From Oscillospiraceae bacterium (lineage in GTDB: Bacteria > Bacillota > Clostridia > Oscillospirales > Oscillospiraceae), in contig JABLYK010000004.1 of the NCBI GenBank assembly GCA_018265835.1, forward strand, positions 9,015-73,014: a DNA stretch of 64,000 nucleotides, given 5' to 3'. The position numbers and the translations under genes were made by a program. The notes beneath the pieces are model-generated. The model had not been told where the DNA came from. It was given only the letters and a program-made list of their open reading frames with translations, and ran no database searches. Of this stretch, positions 59,140-64,000 are shown piece after piece. Numbering within the stretch: position 1 is the first letter of the stretch; every line of letters starts with the position of its first letter.

Positions 59140-60249
59140 CTACAGAATTTCCCTCAGGATTCGAACGGTTTCCTGAACCTCCTGTTCCGTGTTGAACGGC
59201 GAAAAGCTCAGGCGCACGGTACCCGTATCAAACGTTCCGCCGGAGCGGTGGCCGAGCGGCGAACAGTGCAGCCCTGCGCGCACGGCGACGCCTCGTTCGG
59301 CGAGACGCTCCGCAAGCTCCTCACAGTCCAGCGTCCGGCTGCGCAGAGACAGCACCCCGGTCTGGCACTGCTCCTTGCCGTCATAAAACAACTCCAGCTC
59401 CGGAATGCCTGTCAAACCCGCTTTGAGCTGGCGCAGCAGCAGCCGCTCATGTTCACAAATGATGCTCTCGCGCGCCGACACATACCGGATGCCCTCACGG
59501 AGTCCGGCAATCCCCGGCACGTTGTGCGTGCCCGCTTCCAGACGGTCCGGCAAATCCTCCGGCATGGCCTGCAGCACGCTCTGCGAGCCGGTGCCGCCGG
59601 AAAGGAGCGGCAGCCCCGTTCCGCGGCAGAGCAAAAGCCCCGTTCCCTGCGGCCCCAGCAGACTTTTGTGCCCCGGCATGGCGATAAACGCGGCGCGCAG
59701 CGCCTGCAGATCCAGCGGAAGCACACCGGCAGACTGCGACGCATCCACAATCAAAGGGACGCCGAAGCGTGCGCAAAGTTCCGCAATCTCCGCGACCGGC
59801 AGCACAAATCCATAGACATTGGACACATGCGTACACACCGCTGCACGCGCACCCGGAAGCAGTCTGCGAAAGTCCTCCAGCACGGCCGCCTGGTCAAACA
59901 GCCGCCCCGCCGCGACACGCACCTTCGCCTTGCGCTGATGCAGTGGCCGGGTGACGGAGTTGTGCTCATATCCGGAGATCACGACCGTGTCTCCCGGCTG
60001 CACCAGCGAATGGATCGCCAGATTCAGGCCGTGCGTCGCGTTCATCGTGAATACGACATGCTCCGGATCCGGCACATGAAACAGCTCCGCCGCCGCTGTG
60101 CGGCAGTCATATACCGCGTCAGCGGCCGCCATTGCGGCGGGGTGCCCCCCGCGTCCCGGGCTGGACATGGTGGCCATGGCGTGCTGCATGGCCTGCGAGA
60201 CCGCCCGCGGCTTATACAGGCTGGTGGCGGCAGAATCCAGATAGATCAT
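59140..60249 (-). CDS. Class V aminotransferase-fold PLP enzyme (cysteine desulfurase family)
   Basis: PLP lysine in MPGHKSLLGPQG. Candidate catalytic Cys in RAGLHCSPL. Confidence 0.85.
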   Translation of the reverse strand: MIYLDSAATSLYKPRAVSQAMQHAMATMSSPGRGGHPAAMAAADAVYDCRTAAAELFHVPDPEHVVFTMNATHGLNLAIHSLVQPGDTVVISGYEHNSVTRPLHQRKAKVRVAAGRLFDQAAVLEDFRRLLPGARAAVCTHVSNVYGFVLPVAEIAELCARFGVPLIVDASQSAGVLPLDLQALRAAFIAMPGHKSLLGPQGTGLLLCRGTGLPLLSGGTGSQSVLQAMPEDLPDRLEAGTHNVPGIAGLREGIRYVSARESIICEHERLLLRQLKAGLTGIPELELFYDGKEQCQTGVLSLRSRTLDCEELAERLAERGVAVRAGLHCSPLGHRSGGTFDTGTVRLSFSPFNTEQEVQETVRILREIL

Positions 60250-60503
60250 TCCGTCACCTCCCGCAGAGCACCATCGGCCTCCAGCAGATAGATTTTCCCG
60301 GTTCGAAGCGCCGCACGCTCCAGAACCTCCAAAGCCCGCCTGCGGCGGGAGTCATCAATTTTGACACAATAAGAGCATCCCTCACCGGAGACGCTCTGCG
60401 GTGCTTTCCGAACCGTGGCAGTAATGCCCGCCCGTTCCAGCACCTGCGCAGACCGCTGCGCATTCGTCAGCGACCGGCACATAATCAGGCAATAGCGCTG
60501 CAT
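60246..60503 (-). CDS. DUF3343-family protein (putative S/Se carrier-like)
   Basis: 85 aa with a ...GCSYCV... motif. Its stop overlaps the downstream ATG as ATGA. Confidence 0.75.
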   Translation of the reverse strand: MQRYCLIMCRSLTNAQRSAQVLERAGITATVRKAPQSVSGEGCSYCVKIDDSRRRRALEVLERAALRTGKIYLLEADGALREVTE

Positions 60504-60568
60504 GTGAAATTCCCTCCAAGATCGTCATGCTGCATTCTATGCCGGTCGCGTCGGATATGTCCAAACGA

Positions 60569-61048
60569 TCAGCCGTCGCGCCGGAGCAAAACGACCGCGT
60601 GCGCTGCGATGCCCTCCTTTGCCCCGGTGAAGCCGAGTCCCTCTTCCGTGGTTGCCTTCACACTGACCGCATCCAGGCCGCAGCCGAGGATTTCTGCAAA
60701 ATTTTTACGCATTTGCAAAATATGCGGTGCCAGCTTCGGCGCCTGTGCGAGCACGGTGCAGTCCACGTTGCCAACGGCATACCCCGCCGCACACAGCCGC
60801 TCCATCACCGCCCGCAGCAGCTGCAGGCTATCCGCCCCGGCATACTGCGCATCGCTGTCCGGAAACAGATGCCCAATATCCCCCATTGCAGCGGCGCCGA
60901 GCAGCGCGTCCATCAGCGCATGCGTCAGCACGTCCGCATCCGAGTGTCCCAGCAGTCCGGTCGTGTGCGGGATCTCCACGCCGCCGAGGATCAGCTTCCG
61001 CCCCGGCACCAGTCTGTGTACATCATATCCGTGTCCGATCCGTATCAT
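60569..61048 (-). CDS. ispF: 2-C-methyl-D-erythritol 2,4-cyclodiphosphate synthase
   Basis: [10 protein letters not shown] and GHSDADV motifs. Confidence 0.96.
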   Translation of the reverse strand: MIRIGHGYDVHRLVPGRKLILGGVEIPHTTGLLGHSDADVLTHALMDALLGAAAMGDIGHLFPDSDAQYAGADSLQLLRAVMERLCAAGYAVGNVDCTVLAQAPKLAPHILQMRKNFAEILGCGLDAVSVKATTEEGLGFTGAKEGIAAHAVVLLRRDG

Positions 61049-61770
61049 GTCTGCGTGCGCCTCCTGAGAATGGATTCCGCCAGCTGCACATCCAGCGGCG
61101 TTGTGATCTTCAGATTATCCTCCGCCCCCTCCGTCACGGCGACGCGCAGCCCCAGCGCCTCAACGGCGGAGCAGTCGTCCGTCACGGGGAGTTCTTTTTC
61201 CAGCGCATGGGTGAGCGCCGCTTTGATGAGATCGGCCTGAAAAATCTGCGGCGTCTGTACGGCGGCCACACTCGCACGCGGCGGCGTTTCGCGCACAAAG
61301 CCGCCGTCGATGATCTTGATGGTATCCTTCACCGGGACGACCGGCGCCGCCGCCTGATCGCGCTGCGCCGCCGCGCAGGTGGTTTCGATGATCTCGCGCG
61401 AAACGAGTGGCCGCGCACCATCGTGAATTGCGATCAGCGTCGCGCGCGCATCCGCGCCCATCACGCCGGCCAGCGAGGATTCCACGCGCGTCGCGCCACC
61501 CGCGAGCACCTTGGTCATCTTATACAGCCCATACTGCCCACGCAGCGCCGCAATCTCCTTCAGGCGGTCGCCGCGCGTAACGACGATGATCTCGTCGATG
61601 CACGGGCACGTCTCGAATGCGCGGATCGTGCGCACAAGCACCGGAACGCCGGCCAGATCCAGCATCATTTTGTCCTGCCCCATCCGGGTCGATGAACCGG
61701 CAGCCACGATCACCGCCGTGCAAAACGGCTTTTTGCGAAGCCGGTTTCGGATTGTTCGATACAATGCCAT
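61045..61770 (-). CDS. ispD: 2-C-methyl-D-erythritol 4-phosphate cytidylyltransferase
   Basis: Start MALYRT (ATG 61770). AAGSSTRMG motif. The ORF-track extension crosses the upstream terminator and was discarded. Confidence 0.9.
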   Translation of the reverse strand: MALYRTIRNRLRKKPFCTAVIVAAGSSTRMGQDKMMLDLAGVPVLVRTIRAFETCPCIDEIIVVTRGDRLKEIAALRGQYGLYKMTKVLAGGATRVESSLAGVMGADARATLIAIHDGARPLVSREIIETTCAAAQRDQAAAPVVPVKDTIKIIDGGFVRETPPRASVAAVQTPQIFQADLIKAALTHALEKELPVTDDCSAVEALGLRVAVTEGAEDNLKITTPLDVQLAESILRRRTQT

Positions 61771-61804
61771 GTCTCCCGCTCCTGTTTTTTTGATTCTTGA
61801 GCAT

Positions 61805-61833
61805 ATTATAGACAGCTCTGTTCTTTTACGCAA
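61805..61833 (-). promoter_or_regulatory. Promoter of ispD-ispF
   Basis: Minus strand reads TTGCGT, 17 nt, TATAAT. Confidence 0.6.
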
Positions 61834-61859
61834 GAAAAACCCACCGCCGAAGCGGTGGG
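61834..61859 (-). terminator. Terminator of ispH-S1
   Basis: Minus strand reads CCCACCGC-TTCG-GCGGTGGG followed by TTTTTC. Confidence 0.85.
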
Positions 61860-61876
61860 CTTTGGATTTTTTGCGG

Positions 61877-63937
61877 TTACTCCTCGATGGAGACTTCCTC
61901 CGGGATGTTGCCGGTGGCTTCGCCGGTGGCGGAGACTTCATAGACCAGCGCATCCTCTTCAGGGCCAATGGGCTCTTCCACAACACGCGCCTTCACCGGA
62001 GCCGGTTCCGGAGCGGACAGCGCACGGATGGAGAGGGAGATCTTGTGCTTCTCCTCGTCCACAGCAGTGATCTTGGCGTCCACGATGTCGCCAACCGTGA
62101 GCACCTCATCGGGCTTGCCGATGCGGCGGTTCGCAATCTGGGAGATATGGATCAGGCCGTCCACGCCGGGCAGCACTTCCGCAAATGCGCCGAAGGGCAT
62201 AAGCTTCACGACGGTGACCTTCGCCACATCGCCGACCTGATAGGTCGCCATGAACTTGTTCCACGGATTGCCGTTGGGATCCTTGTAGCCAAGGGAGATC
62301 TTGTGATTCTCGGTATCGAAGCTGATGACGTAAACATCGACCTCGTCGCCCACGGAGAGGACGTCGGCCGGGGTCTTGATGCGGCTCCAGCTCAGTTCGG
62401 AGACGTGCACCATGCCGTCAATGCCGCCGATATCGACAAATGCGCCATAGGAAGTCAGAGACTTCACAACGCCGTGGTAGTGCTTGCCGACCTCGATCTC
62501 GCTCCAGATCTTCTCGGCACGCTCGCGGCGCTCCTTCTGCTGCACGGCACGAATGGAGCCGACCACGCGCTTGCGGCTGCGGTTGACCTCGGTGATCTTC
62601 AGGCGGACGGTCTGCTTGACCAGCTCGGTCATCGGCACATCCTTCGGCAGGCCGGACTGGGAAGCGGGCACGAACACGCGCACGCCCTTGACGGAAACCA
62701 CAATACCGCCCTTGTTCTCTTCGGTGACAACGCCTTCGACGACCGTGCCGTCTTCCTGCGCGGCTTCGATGTCGTTCCAGTTCTTCACAGCGTCCAGACG
62801 CTTCTTGGAAAGCATGACCGTGCCTTCCACGTCGTTGACGCGCACAACGCTCGCCTCGATGGTGTCGCCAACCTTGACAGCATCCTCAACCTTAATGCCG
62901 TCGTCGGTGAATTCGCTGGTGGGAATGAAGCCAGAATACTTGGTGCCAATATCGACGCTGATCTCAGTGCCAGTGATCGCTACAACAGTACCGGTTACCT
63001 TATCTCCATTATATATAGTCTTGAGGGATTCCTCCAGCATTTCATCAAAACTTTTTTCGGCCTCCACCGTGGTTTCTTCAGTCAGGATCTCGTCGCTCAT
63101 CTTTTGTTTTACCTCCTTAATGATCCATGCAGGTACGGAAGCGCCGGCTGTAAGCCCTACAATATCTGCATGTTCGAACGCGCTTGTATCAAGCTGCGCT
63201 GCGTTCTCAATGAATTGGACATTCTCGCAGTGACGGCAGCAGATCTCATATAAATGCCTGCTGTTGGCGCTGCGCTTACCGCCGACGACGACCATGGCAC
63301 TGCAATCTTTCGCCATTTTTTCGGCCTCTGTCTGACGGGTAAACGTCGCACCGCATATTGTATCAAATATTTCCGTATTTGTACACAGTTTTTTTATGAT
63401 TTCCTGACATTCAAGCAGTTTTTCTCCCGTCTGCGTCGTTTGGATGACCATTGTTAGCGGTTTTGTACAATCAATTGTGCCATCCGCAATGCGTGCGGCG
63501 AGCGCTTCCGCGTCATTGACCACGACCGGATCCGCACACCAGCCGCAGATCGCACGCACCTCCGGATGGTCGGCGGCGCCGATGATGACCGGCTGCCGTC
63601 CGGCGGCCGACGCCGCCGCAACCAGCTCATGGATGCGCTTGACCTTCGGGCACGTAGCGTCATACACCTTGGCCCCGGTTGCGCAAAGCGCTTCGTATTC
63701 CGCGCGGCCGATCCCGTGGGAGCGGACGATCACGGCGTCGTCCGCCGTCAGTCCCTCCGGCGAATCCACGACGGTCAACCCCTCATCCTCCAGATGGCGG
63801 ACGACGTCGTCATTGTGGATGAGCTGGCCGAGACTGAAGCAGCGCGGCTCGGAGGCCAGCATCTCCTCCGCCATCTGTACCGACCGGCTCACGCCGAAGC
63901 AAAAACCCGCGCTTTTGGCGACAATCAGCTCCTTCAT
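61877..63937 (-). CDS. ispH: Bifunctional 4-hydroxy-3-methylbut-2-enyl diphosphate reductase / 30S ribosomal protein S1 fusion
   Basis: The N-terminal ~280 aa are IspH-like (GFCFGV, three conserved Cys). The C-terminal part has four S1 OB-fold repeats. This fusion is common in Clostridia. Confidence 0.95.
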   Translation of the reverse strand: MKELIVAKSAGFCFGVSRSVQMAEEMLASEPRCFSLGQLIHNDDVVRHLEDEGLTVVDSPEGLTADDAVIVRSHGIGRAEYEALCATGAKVYDATCPKVKRIHELVAAASAAGRQPVIIGAADHPEVRAICGWCADPVVVNDAEALAARIADGTIDCTKPLTMVIQTTQTGEKLLECQEIIKKLCTNTEIFDTICGATFTRQTEAEKMAKDCSAMVVVGGKRSANSRHLYEICCRHCENVQFIENAAQLDTSAFEHADIVGLTAGASVPAWIIKEVKQKMSDEILTEETTVEAEKSFDEMLEESLKTIYNGDKVTGTVVAITGTEISVDIGTKYSGFIPTSEFTDDGIKVEDAVKVGDTIEASVVRVNDVEGTVMLSKKRLDAVKNWNDIEAAQEDGTVVEGVVTEENKGGIVVSVKGVRVFVPASQSGLPKDVPMTELVKQTVRLKITEVNRSRKRVVGSIRAVQQKERRERAEKIWSEIEVGKHYHGVVKSLTSYGAFVDIGGIDGMVHVSELSWSRIKTPADVLSVGDEVDVYVISFDTENHKISLGYKDPNGNPWNKFMATYQVGDVAKVTVVKLMPFGAFAEVLPGVDGLIHISQIANRRIGKPDEVLTVGDIVDAKITAVDEEKHKISLSIRALSAPEPAPVKARVVEEPIGPEEDALVYEVSATGEATGNIPEEVSIEE

Positions 63938-64000
63938 TCCGCACCTCCGTCCGGAAACCGGCGTGCAATCTCAGCGCAGACCGCATCCACACTCTCCTCC
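63934..64000 (-). CDS. C-terminal fragment of an upstream gene (identity unresolved; cmk or an acyltransferase would be typical here)
   Basis: Own translation gives ...EESVDAVCAEIARRFPDGGAE-stop. Its TGA overlaps the ispH ATG as ATGA. Confidence 0.4.
   Translation of the reverse strand, partial: EESVDAVCAEIARRFPDGGAE

Overview
This is a GC-rich chromosome segment from a spore-forming Firmicute, probably a Clostridia or Oscillospiraceae-like organism (taxon is a guess from gene content and style). About 90% of it is ordinary core genome.

**Gene content, in order:**
- A korDABC-type 2-oxoacid:ferredoxin oxidoreductase operon.
- A translationally coupled FNT channel and LarE pair.
- spoIIAA-spoIIAB-sigF.
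- valS behind a T-box leader.
- trxA plus an atypical trxB-like gene.
- glnS, then pyrR-pyrP behind a PyrR attenuator.
- Single tRNA-Leu(UAG) and tRNA-Gly(CCC) genes.
- sstT with a divergent LysR regulator, an SLH surface protein, asnA, a MATE pump and cotJ genes.
- A long minus-strand array: murD-yunB-ligA-tatD-phosphatase-sbcD-sbcC.
- RNase P RNA.
- The classic Firmicute block yicC-remA-gmk-rpoZ-priA-def-fmt-rsmB-rlmN-stp-prkC-rsgA.
- cdaA-cdaR, ispD-ispF, and an ispH-S1 fusion.

**What I did not find:** no CRISPR array, integrase, transposase, reverse transcriptase or recognisable defence or toxin system. I cannot honestly claim a clear novel system.

**Most noteworthy observations:**
1. 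An AT-rich four-gene GtrA/GT2/DUF2304/GT-C glycosylation islet sits between rnpB and yebC. It is bracketed by an exact 10-bp direct repeat and lies next to a degenerate relic of the yebC 3' end.
2. An unannotated 23-codon spoVM gene, below the ORF-track cutoff, sits directly upstream of a SpoVID-like SPOCS+LysM gene.
3. A 35-nt hairpin is duplicated 234 bp apart, enclosing a highly structured non-coding module between cotJC and the sbcCD operon.
4. A cysteine-rich conserved hypothetical protein has a mother-cell-type -10 motif upstream.
5. The TrxB-like flavoprotein lacks the NADPH-binding signatures.

The many long ORFs antisense to real genes are treated as GC-driven artefacts. All start-codon choices, promoters and terminators come from reading the sequence by eye; no computation or database search was run.
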